Assembly (NCBI GenBank): GCA_030141605.1
Contig: JAQGDQ010000032.1
Location: forward strand, 534,846 to 598,845
Direction: 5' to 3'
Source: Tubiluchus corallicola
Taxonomy: Eukaryota; Animalia; Priapulida
DNA length: 64,000 nucleotides
Below, piece by piece: positions 39,373 through 50,682 of this stretch. The position numbers were made by a program, and so were the translations under genes. The notes under the pieces were generated by a model, which saw only the letters and a program-made list of their open reading frames with translations, was not told the origin of the DNA and ran no database searches. The first letter of the stretch is position 1, and each line of letters starts with the position of its first letter.

Positions 39373-39760
39373 GGTAACGCTAATAAAGTCAAGGCTAAAA
39401 GTCACAGAACACGTCACAATACTGGCTAAGAAAGAGTCAGGTAATCAAACAAAAATATTCAAGTCAGTCACAATTTATTTGAGGACAATAAATAATTAAA
39501 GAAATAAAACAGAAAATAGTTTAAATCAGTTATTAACTGACAAGTGACAATACAAGAAGTGTACCATAAATGTAAATATAGACAACAGTATTCATATATG
39601 ATGACATTACATGTATGTGAAAAAATCACGTTTTGTTCAATATATTACGGTTGGGGTTAGGGTTAGGTTTCTTTTTTCCTGTGACCTTTCCCTTGTGATT
39701 TTTTCCTGTCTTTTTCCGTGACTCTAAATTTCTATATGTGACTTTTTTACCTGTGACAAT
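39373..39760. mobile_element. second, more degenerate copy of the TTAGGG-core MITE family
   Basis: Left arm taataaagtca/aaaagtcaca repeats, core ggttggggttagggttagg, right arm cctgtgacc...gtgacttttttacc; same architecture as 5504-5683. Confidence 0.6.
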
Positions 39761-40490
39761 CGCAACAAGACAAAAAACTACTTTTTACCAGTTCCATTTC
39801 GCGGGACGTTTTCGGTCCAAATTTGAGTCTTACGAAAAATGACGAAAATCGACTCGGCAACTTCCACTGATAGTTTGCATAAGTGGCCAAAAAAGGTACC
39901 ACAATTTCGCTGTGAATTGCGGCTAGTGTGGTAACCACTATATAAAAGCTCAAATGGGTCGGTATTTAAGCCTGCTTAAACTGCGACAGAAAATCAACAG
40001 AGCGACTGTCAATGAACTTTTAATAAACGGCTCAAGTTTTTCCGCTTAACGTTTTGCACTGTTACCGGATTATGTAGGTTTGTGCTCTACTGTATCAAGC
40101 TTTCATCAACCTATTGACGTTTTAGTAAAAAAAAACTGATGGTATACGTGAAGACAATACAGACTTGCCACCTACCAACAAGCCAACGAAGTTTTTTAAG
40201 CAAACCGTCACTTGCTAATTCAGCAACGGATTAAAGGTTTCATGGGCCAAAGGTTAACAAACAAAGGATAGGCCTAGGTGTACAATTCTCAATTTTACAG
40301 CCATATATATGCTATACTTCTGATTCTGAACTCTGTCGTTACTCGTGACAATTGAAAATGACTTTGTGTGTCATGGCTTTTTGCCTGGGTTAACCAAAGG
40401 GCGAAGTTGCTGTTCAGCATTGAAGATTCTAAAACGAGAAATATGTAACATATGTCTGAATGTCCTACTCTGACAACTGTTGAATTCTTG

Positions 40491-40680
40491 TGGCTAAGTG
40501 GCCTATGTATCCAAACGGCTTATGTGCTCAAAATACCTTTTGTCCAAATTACGTATGTGTCCAAAACAGACAGTGGCAAGTGGCCTATGTGACTATGTGA
40601 CCTGTGTCCAAATGTTTTATATAGCATCCAGCGCCCACACGTGTGAGTCTAATGTGACGAATGAAATATTTTGTGTCCAA
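40491..40680. repeat. degenerate tandem array of tgtgtccaaa / aagtggcctatgt units
   Basis: Recurring tgt(g)tccaaa, with aagtggcctatgt twice; probably a TE arm. Confidence 0.6.
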
Positions 40681-40965
40681 CAAATTGCATAGGCTAAATC
40701 GTTCAACTACTTACTTGGAATGGACAAACAAGAAAATTAAATATCCTATCTTTAGCACGTTCAGTTTAAATAATTTTGTTATGCTGTTTACTAAAATAGC
40801 ATTATCTCCTTTTAACTAGTCATCGGTATCAGGATACCGAGGGCGTATTTACGACCTAAGGATAGCCTTACTGGCCTAATGGGTAGTCCTCCCCTGTCTA
40901 TATTAAACTGATAGCTGAGTTTAAACAAGTTCTTACAATGGGTTAAACAATGTATTAATCATTAG

Positions 40966-41025
40966 TTACAGCACTGTTATGAAAAAATTATTGTATTACA
41001 GCACTGTTATGAAAAAATTATTGTA
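40966..41025. repeat. perfect 30-bp tandem duplication
   Basis: ttacagcactgttatgaaaaaattattgta x2. Confidence 0.97.
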
Positions 41026-41667
41026 TAAAATTATTAGTTATTACAAGTCTGCATATGCGGATATGGCAATTGCAATGGTGATTTGGACGACTGGTTTAAT
41101 TGGTGATTAGACAAGCATTTCACGTGTGGCGAAAGTGTATCACAAGCAAACGGCAAAAGAAGTAGAATAAAATGCTAACTGCTATATGCCTGACAACTGA
41201 TACTAACTTTCTATTTATACTAAAATACACATAGTAGAAGTCACTTGTAACATTACCTGCAACAAGTAGGCGAAAATCGGTTCTTTTTTAAATTCGAAAA
41301 TAGATAGTCATTATTAGGTCTGAAACATTAAAAAAAGGGAAAAATTACTGATTTAATGTAAGAAATTTTAAATTTAACTGTACCGGTTGCGTATGCGCTG
41401 TGCAGTTAAGCGTTTCCAACTTCTGTCGCCTGCTGTCACCAACATGTGCCGCGTGCAAACAAAATGATCCTGTCTGTTAACTTCAACATTTAATCCTCAG
41501 AACATGGACTTGACATGTCTGCAAAGTCAAGTTAACTGCATAATATACAGCCATAGTCGACAGTATGCTAGCATACGATATCATTAGTTTCGTGTGTTCG
41601 AAATCTCGTATTCAGATCAGAAGGAGAGGAGGTTGCCTCATTGCCCAGTTTAGGAGGCAAAACGAAG

Positions 41668-41673
41668 CGAGAG

Positions 41674-41739
<66 letters not shown>

Positions 41740-41775
41740 GGGAGGGAGAAAGAACTGGAAGGAAGGGAGAGAAAA
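41668..41775. repeat. (GA)n microsatellite and purine tract
   Basis: Long gaga run; explains ORF 41565..41804. Confidence 0.97.
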
Positions 41776-41799
41776 GTTTGTCAGATAAATATTTCCGTA

Positions 41800-42078
41800 T
41801 TTGAATTTAAGAATTAATAGTTAGCATAGAGATTAAAGCCAACAGACCAACGGCTGGTGAACCAACACACCAACCTGAGGTTTCACTGAAGGTCTATACC
41901 CAAGGATTAACGGCTATAGGGACTAAAGCCAAGAGACTAATGGCTCTTGAATCAATGCACCAGCCTGAAGTTATCCTGGACGTCTGTAACCTTTTTGGAT
42001 TTAGGAATTAATATCTAACCAAGGAACCAACGACTGGTGAACCAATACGTCAGTTTGTGGTTTTGGTGAACGTCTATT
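41800..42078. repeat. three diverged tandem copies of a ~90-bp unit
   Basis: Core ccaa..gaccaacggctggtgaaccaa...cagcctga.g...gaa(c/g)gtcta recurs near 41839, 41929 and 42019. Confidence 0.75.
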
Positions 42079-42120
42079 GTAGTAGTGGTACATTGACAAT
42101 GACAAGCTAGTGGACTTAGC

Positions 42121-42152
42121 GGACTGAGGAAAACTGGACTGAGGAAAACTGG
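42121..42152. repeat. 15-bp tandem duplication
   Basis: ggactgaggaaaact x2 + gg. Confidence 0.9.
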
Positions 42153-42735
42153 TCATGCTCTAAGATCGCTTAACCTGCTTAAACCACGACATTCGGTTTA
42201 TTAATGCATTGCATGCCGAAAGGGATGCATAAGGCGAGAATCGCTAATTTTTAAAGCCAGATTGCATTGCCGCACAAGTGACATCCCAGGAGCACATATT
42301 ATAACAAAGTAACTCATAGCAAAACTGCAGATACGAACACATAAAATCCAAATGTCACAGAATCAGCTTGACTGCTTTTTGATAGATATAGCGTATAGAC
42401 CAATAAGCGAGTAATTTCAGTGAGATAGCGCACCGTATTCAGCATAGTCATAAACGTCATTTTACAGCGCACATTCATAATCACAAATGAACTTTGCCCA
42501 GTCAAACTGTCGCAGTGCTCTACTCAGGCGTCGCCATTTGAAACTGTTAAGCCTACAAGAAAATAGTTCATCGTCATACGCAAATGCTCTGAAAAATTTT
42601 AATCCGGTGATTAAACTCACTCGTGATGCAGCTCGTCCACTTATCCGGTACTGCGGAAAATGCTCACACTTGTCCCTCGATTTTTTCGTGTTTTACTCAG
42701 CAAAGCAAAAATGATATGGCTCAAATCAATATTAT

Positions 42736-42939
42736 GGCAAGTTCAGACAAATAAACTGCTTTCGCAACTTGTTGCAACGTGTGAACGGTTTGGCAACTTC
42801 TCTCGCAACTTGTTGTAACGTGTAGATGATTTGGCAACTTTTCTCGCAATTTGTTGTAACATATGAACGGCTTGGCAACTTGTCTCAGAAAGAAGTTGCG
42901 CAACAAGTTGCGAGAGAAGTCTCTACGTTTGAACGCGCC
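42736..42939. mobile_element. MITE with degenerate long TIRs (GGC...GCC, PIF/Harbinger-like) and internal ~41-bp tandem units
   Basis: Left ggcaagttcagac...tcgcaacttgttgc versus right (reverse complement) ggcgcgttcaaac...tcgcaacttgttgc. Three internal units of gcaacttgttg.aac.t.tgaacgg.ttggcaactt. The TSD is imperfect, so the superfamily is inferred. Confidence 0.7.
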
Positions 42940-45900
42940 AGTACATCAAATTTACAGAACAAAACCTGACTAGCTGCTATATATTTTGCTTTAAGTTCAT
43001 TTTTTCTTTAAGTAGTTACTTCGTAGTAAGTCTGTGACAATATGGGCCTGGTTTTGAGAATGATATACATGAGTGAACGAGTTTTCCATTTTACAACGCA
43101 TCTATAAAAAGTTAGCTTTAATTCCGACAGTGTAGACAAGATGGGCGGATATCTGACAGTGATGAGCGACGGAGCTACGAATAGAGGGAAGCCAATCATT
43201 TCTGATAAGATACGTGATTTGGTAACTGTCAGTGAATCTGAGGACTCTCATGTTAGTCCAGACTAAAAATTAGTAGAAAACACGGGCTAAATCCGCTAAT
43301 AATAATTTTCTAAATGTTAGGCAAATATTAACGAGATATATTGAGCGTAGAATATAGGTTACTCTATTTACCCTAACGGGTTGGTAAATTAGTAGCCTAT
43401 TTCAAAACTTCTGCATGCAATAACGTCATACTAGCCAGTAACAAAGTGTACTTGGAAGGGTAGATATTCAGTTATTTCCTTTCTAAAATCACGCGTTTAA
43501 AACGTGCCTACCTCATCCCTCATTACTGGGTTTCAGGGACAAATTTCCAATAATCTATTCGAATTTTCTTAGTTTTCGCTAGGAAATGTGTATGTATTTA
43601 TATTGGATTTAAGTTATCGCGCATATAGGGTGCAGCATCCGCCAATGAAGCAAATGACTGCATGAAAACTCAAAACTAGGTCTTTAAATAAACTATACAA
43701 AAGTAAAAGGAAGAACCGGAACTGGATTTTTATGTGACGTCATCATTTGCTAACGAGTTCCAGCTTTGTCATGCAGTAGATGTATATTAATCTGCAAGGT
43801 AAATAAAATGTAAAAGAAAAAACCTCCCGAGGGAAATGATTTCGAGTGAGAACTTTCTTATTGAGTATCTTCAAGAAGCCAGTTAACAGCGCCATTTCGT
43901 TGAAGTCGTCATAGACGCCGTCTCGTACGGCAAGCTTTGTTTTTGGATCACCTCGTCATTATTGATTCATCATAATGACACTTTTGACTCTACTGGAGCA
44001 GGACACAGTATAATATGCAGATCAATAACATCACTAAAGAAAACTGCTCTCAACACACCTGAATCTCATCGGAGACGAATTCCACACACAGTTCGACGAG
44101 AAACTTAACATTTCATCTTTCAGCTCTAATACACCCTAACCAGATAACTAACAACACGCCCAAGCATACCAACACTCATGTATGCAGCGGAGACAGCAAA
44201 CACACACTGTGTGCATTGCCAAATCACAGACGCGCAGTGACGAATCACAGCAGTGTGGGGTCATTCCAGGGCTCTAGTTTTTGTCAGGCAAGCTAGTTGA
44301 CTATAATGCCATCGAGCAAACAAAATCCTACAGCAGCTCAAGTACCACGCCGTCACATTTTGATTTGAGACACGTCTTTATCAACAAGTAAGTTTGCTCA
44401 CATGTTAACTACATAATATAATGCATACCATGATGTGGCTTTATACACTGGTTGCGTCCAATAACAAAATACTGCGCGCCAAATTAACAAACGCGATAGA
44501 CTACTATGTCCTATAAAAACAATAAATATAAAATTAACCAAAATGTCGAGAGAAGTCCATGCAAAATGTGCTAATAATTCTATAACTGGCGTAAAATGAA
44601 AAAAATGGTACTATTTGTCAAAGAAGAAGCTGTTGTCATCGCAATGATGAAGCCATACATACGTGCAACTAAGCCTCGATTTAAACTAGTGATGTATGAG
44701 AAAATTTACCCCCTAAGCCACGCAGCCAGCTCTCGTTGATTCAGACAGCGGGATTCAAGTGTATTCGAAAGACTGAAGATCTCTAGTTCAACTCAAGACT
44801 CAATTGCAATGTTTCAAATTTCTTTTCTTTAATTATTTCGATTTTTACGATTTAAATTTGCTGCGAATGTATACTATGATTTTGCAAAGTTTAATCTTGA
44901 GTTATAATTCAGCTCTTATTTGTAGTTTTTTTTAAATAGCAACAACAAAAACATTTTATACAATGTTGAAATAGTATGAAATGACAAACGCTAATAAATC
45001 CATCCACTGACGACCAATAATGCACGAGCATTCTACATGGTCTTTGCTTACTGCTTCCGAAAATGGTCGTAGTAAACTACCCGTTACAAGATACGACTTT
45101 TTCCGTCAATATTACACAGAGAGCTTCCTTATTTTACCGTTTTGTCACAGAATATTAGTTTCGTCAAATTGTTTGCCTCACAATAAGTAAATGAGTAAAT
45201 TTTGTGTTACATCAATTTTGTATTATTTTGTTTGTGTTACAAACCAGCTTCACGGCGAAACAGACTTGTTTATAAGAGTTACATCGCAAGTGAGTAAACC
45301 AAATAATGTTGACTACATAATCATTTACTAATATGTAGATTTAGTAATAACAATAGTGACTAAGTATCAGTCACTAATCTGTAAACTATTAATAACAGCC
45401 GCATCCTGGCACTAGAGCAGGTACCAATAACAAGCTGTTGTTTAAATTTAACACACATTTGAAATTTTCATTATTAGAATACTTTAGGTCTAACTTGTGC
45501 CATGAAAACCTGGTAGCTTCAAGTTTTCAAATTTTCAAGGTCTTTTAATCTTTTAAGCAAGAGCCCTTCAGCTGTATTAGTTTACGGTCATCGTATCATA
45601 TTGACCTTTTACCTACTTTATCCCAAACGGGACATCCTGACAGGAAGTAACTCTTCTTTCTATCCGCTAAAAAATTAATGTCAGGAACTTGTGAACGTGA
45701 CGCAAAGAGTTATTTCAATCAATGTGTGTTCTAAATTTACTACATATGTTGCACGATTAATGTGATATGATGTATGTGCGTACGTGTAAAACAAATCGAA
45801 TCAGAGGACAAAATACGTGAAATGTTACTCTGATGGCATAAAAAATATAATGCCTCGATGCTGCATAAGCACTATACCGCTGAAGTTGTGTGAAACGTCT

Positions 45901-46985
45901 TACATGCCATCACTGATTTGAGAGGCCACAAATATAAGAAATAATGAAGAGGTGACGACTGAGAAAGGCAACATGCAGCCGCACACACTAATTTGATCTT
46001 TTTTACTGTATTAGACTGGCATAAATGTTTTAACCAGAAACTTGATTTCAAACCCTCTATTATTGCAAATTTTGAACTTTCAGATTCAAATGAAACGGAA
46101 AATTACTTAAACGGTTACACGTTAATTGTTTACTAATAATAAGAAAATTGCATTATTAATTATTATAAATTTGTTTTCAGAGATATGGTTAAAATGGACT
46201 CCATGTGTTGTACCATATGAACATGAAATTTTTTGTGAAATACATACGCCGATTCTTAATTGAAAGTTAATAACTAATGACGGTATTCAACAAAATTCAA
46301 CTCAGCAGAAAAACGTAATAGAAAGACTTGAGTACTAACCGAGTCCAACTCCAATCAAAAACATTCGAATTTTTTTCATTTCAGCTTCATCTAGTTTCTT
46401 ATAGTTAATAATTATAGAATTTTATTCCAAATTTTGTACAATATTGAAACGTCTTTTGAAACTTTCGTTTTCTTTTTTCTTTTAGTTCCCGACTATCTTG
46501 AGCAGTAGATCTAGTATTCAAAGTTGGCAACTGGCGAACTTGTTTGGCCTGTCAGTCAACATACTTCATGTCGAATACTCATGCTAACTTCAGTAAATCT
46601 GAACTCTAAATCTTTACCAACAGATGATTTTACAAACATCAGCATGCAAAATAGTGGGCAGCGCTATTTACCGTATAAGGTCATTATGAACTGTCACTAT
46701 CATAATATCACAAATTGTCTCCATCATATGGACAAGCTTCAGCGGAAATACTTTAGCGTCAAGCTGTGCTTGTGACAAGCTCTTAGAAGCAACGCACCGC
46801 AATTAAGTTGATAAAAATCTTGCAAGACTTCATACGTGTCGTTGAGTCCGAAATAGCATCTTAAGCCGAAATGTGATAGTGCGGTTGACATTCCTCAGGC
46901 TCTTAAGATGACACTCGCCTGGCTGGCTTCTACAGTGTACAAGAGCACTGGCTTCACACTATATTACAAGCAGGCACAGCTTAAC

Positions 46986-47021
46986 CTCGTATTTATGTAA
47001 GTCGTTCCAAAAATGCACCAT
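46986..47021 (-). CDS. candidate first exon MVHFWNDLHKYE| (phase 0), within a longer open frame
   Basis: aacATGG start context and weaker donor GAG|GTTAAG. The frame is open upstream to about 47198 (ORF track 46959..47147). Confidence 0.3.
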
Positions 47022-48539
47022 GTTTTGCAACGAACGTGTCAAACGTGTTTGAACAGTTCGAAATTTTCTGCTGGCTTTGTCCGTGTCCCGGATCGATTCA
47101 AAAGACGGTTGACAGGCAGGAAAGATGTCGTACAGCGAATATGTCACGTTCGGTTTAAGCAGGCTGTTATGTGTTAAATAATTTTCACTTTGAATTTTTC
47201 ATTGTCGTTAATTTCCTGTTTTACTTTTCGGCTACGTAACGCAGAGAGACATAATCCGAAACAAAAGCTAGCAAGAGTTTAGATTTAGAAAATTATGTTC
47301 AGCAGAACATTATACGCATGAGTAGGACCTAGACCCAGAAATTAATGAATTTTATGTTTGCCATGGGATACCTTGTGAAAAAGGATGGTCAGTTTCAGTC
47401 AATTTTGAGCGCAAAAACTCTGCATTCACGAAGCCACTATACGAGGTTACACGCATCGAATTCGTTGGGAAACTGGAAAAACCTACAATCTAACCAAAGT
47501 CTCTTTTTTTCTTTCTTTCGTTGCTTTTCTTAATAAGTCTATATCTAATCTAAAAATACCTTCCTTTTTTGTGCATCCTCCAAAATCGGAAGTAAAAGAG
47601 CTCATTGGTTTCAGTCATATCCCTATATGAGGAAGAGTCATTGGTTTTAGCCATCTTTATATGACAAACGCATTGACTTTTGGTTTCTTTAACAAATTAA
47701 AAAATTCTAGATTGCCATGTTAATGGTTATTGTAGTGAAATACGTCACAGGCGTCTGAGTCGACTTGTGCTCTACAAAATTACTTGGAATATATTCCTGT
47801 ATTATCAGCGGAAAGTGGAAGCTACAGTTTGAAGACCAAGATAGTAGACCAAATGTGGTCAGCCACTGTGCGACCTGATACTAAATAACACCGAGGAAAC
47901 CAAATCAAGCGCAATGTGCTACATATCCTTTCTGCCGTCTAAGGTTTGTAAGTCCGAGGCGCGCTTATATCATTCCTATGTCAATAAACTTGACATTCAT
48001 GTCGAAAAATGAATCAGTAGGAAAACTGCGAATCTAATTACAATGATTTATTGGGTGTTACATCTGTTAGATCATAAGCATAGGCAAAACACTTTGTAGC
48101 TAAAATAGGATTGTTGCAAAATAGCTATGTATACTCATTTTTGATTTTAAATGCATCCTGGGATTTGTCAATATTTCTGTTCAAGCCCATTAAGTAGCAG
48201 CCCTTTCTCTAGTTTTGAGACCATTATACAATTCTCCAAATATAAAACTTACGTCGTGCAAAAGGCAAAAACATTTATATATATATTAACATTTCGGGCA
48301 TCAGTTGCAATATTTGTTGAAATTGCAAATCATTTCAGGTCATGTAAATAGTTGGCCAGGTATAACATGCATGTCCATTACCAAAGCTAAGTCAATCACC
48401 CATGTGATGGGGAGATTGTGGGCCTAACGCCAAAATCGAGAGTGTGATTAAGCTGTGAATAAGGCCGAAAGTGAACCAGTACTAAGACAAGGAATCTCTC
48501 TAGTCCCTAACTACAGTCCCTAGTTCAATTAAAGAGCGA

Positions 48540-48870
48540 TGTTACCAATAAGATCAAAGAAGGTCACCAAGATCAAGTGTGCCCTTTATCACTAAGGCAA
48601 GAGCGGGTTTCTTACCAAGAGTGGACCTATTACCAAGGTCAAGATTGGCTTATCACCAGAATCAGAGTGGGCCTATCTCCAAGGTCACGTGTGGGCTTGT
48701 TATCTAGGCCACCAAAATCACTTGTAACTCCATCACCAAGGAATCAACGGGCCTATTACGAAGAATGGGTCTATCACCAAGGTCAAGATGGGCCTATCAG
48801 CAAAGTCAAGATGGGCTTATCACCAAGAACCAGAGTGGATCTTTCTCCAAGGCCACGTGAGGACATACTA
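48540..48870. repeat. ~23-bp minisatellite (consensus gggcctatcaccaaggtcaagat)
   Basis: More than 10 diverged units; explains ORF 48577..48906. Confidence 0.9.
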
Positions 48871-50660
48871 CCTAGGGCGAATTGGTGTAACACTATCGTC
48901 GAGTAATAAATATGCGTGACACACAGGATGTTTCATCTTATGCGTCCTGTGTATCATATATACTATCATCAAGGCCAAGAGAAAACTTGCATGAAAGAAT
49001 ATGAGAATAAAAATGTAATTCGAAGGGTTTTATTTGGCAACTAAGCAAGTATACAAAAACAGGTTACAAGTTCTTTTTTTGCCAGAGTAGAAGCTGCCTC
49101 ACCATTAACTTAATTCTCAAAAAAGGTCATTTTCTAAAAGCTTAACCTGGATGCCTGTGAGTGTGTAACATGTATAGCCTAGACTAAAAGCACAGCAACA
49201 TGACGCCTGACAGGGAGTTTACTGTGTTAACTAACACCACGCCACTCGTCACGAGTTGGAGCGGCAAATTTTTGGTGCCACGTCCAAAAACAGCTTGTCA
49301 AGATGGCGTTTTTTGCATAGTATCAGTGTCACTTGAGACCATGGGAAAGTTTGGGTAGAAACAGTCCGGTGTCGGAAAGAGTAATCTCGGGGGAAACTAG
49401 ATCACAGCTTCTTTATAAATTAACTTTCATTGCCTTTATGCACTGAATGTAAGCGCATTGCTCAAGTTTATAATGACTTCACTCATTTTAGCATTTAAAC
49501 TATTCTTTTTAACAACCACATTTAAATACGATGATGTGATCCCACGTCACTTTTAAAATGCCTTTTAACCTTGGGGAAAATAACGATAGATGAACAATTT
49601 TGTTGCATTATTGTTATTATTGTTGTGATTAAAAGCTTCTACAGCTAGACAACAAAAGAGAAAATAGCTAGTAAATTTCAGCAGTGTTTGTCAACTTATT
49701 TACTAATTTAAAAATAAAACACACAAATATGAACTCAACAAAATAACTTTAACGATAAACAAGCAGATAAACAGACAAAACAAAACAACAAACACAAGAA
49801 CAAAAATACTATCTTTGTTTACAATCCTATGCATTTGTCATTTTACAACCGCCTACTTAATTATTTTTGAACAATAGGTTTGATTAAAAACTAGTTGAAC
49901 CAATTATTTACCAGTTTGCTTACTCTAAGATATTATTACGATGTGCCACGTATTCTTTGAAATGCAGCATGATATTAGCTGCTTGAACTGAAGACGCAGA
50001 ATTACCACTTGCGCATGCTCAGTTCAATTTACGCAATTAACGACTTACCTAAAACGTTCGGCGAAATAGTTTCTGAATCGAAGTACACTTCCTAGTCGAT
50101 AGCTTTAATTGTTCTAACATAAATTTTGTAACCTATCCCAGACGAAAAATCACAGGCAAATGTTCACACAACAGCTGTTTTCACTTGAAGCTAAATTATA
50201 ATGTTCGTCGTGTGGTATGCATATGTTTAATTCCAATTGATGTCATCACCAAAGTGGCTGCTGCTATATGTTCGCTTAATCCCCTAATTAGCGAGTTTAA
50301 TTTAGTAGGTTTCTTCTATGAGTATTGCTGTAGATTTAATGACACAATAAATAGAAAATTCGCTTCGAAGAAACCACGTTTTCGGTGCTATGCAGCTGAG
50401 TCAGGCGACGGAATTGAGAACGCTGTTCACTGAACACGTCAGAGCTACCTTCTATTTCTAGTCACTGCTGTCGTAGAATGGCTATGCTGTGACGGCTGCA
50501 GCGGCAGCTAAGTATAGCGTCTTACAGCTCTATTAGTTTACTTGACGCTGCTTTTCAAAACAGTACTAAAGATCTTGCTAAGAGTATAAATGTACGGTAA
50601 TATACTTACCAAGCAAGATTTCAACTTATTTGATGGTAATCCTGATTCCTTCAAACAATT

Positions 50661-50682
50661 TTAGATTAGATTAGATTAGATT
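50661..50682. repeat. (TTAGA)n microsatellite
   Basis: ttagattagattagattagatt. Confidence 0.9.

Noticed and set aside
41800-48870. tandem arrays (41800-42078, 42760-42880, 48540-48870) as CRISPR
   Set aside because: Units are degenerate and contiguous with no unique spacers, there are no cas genes, and the context is eukaryotic.
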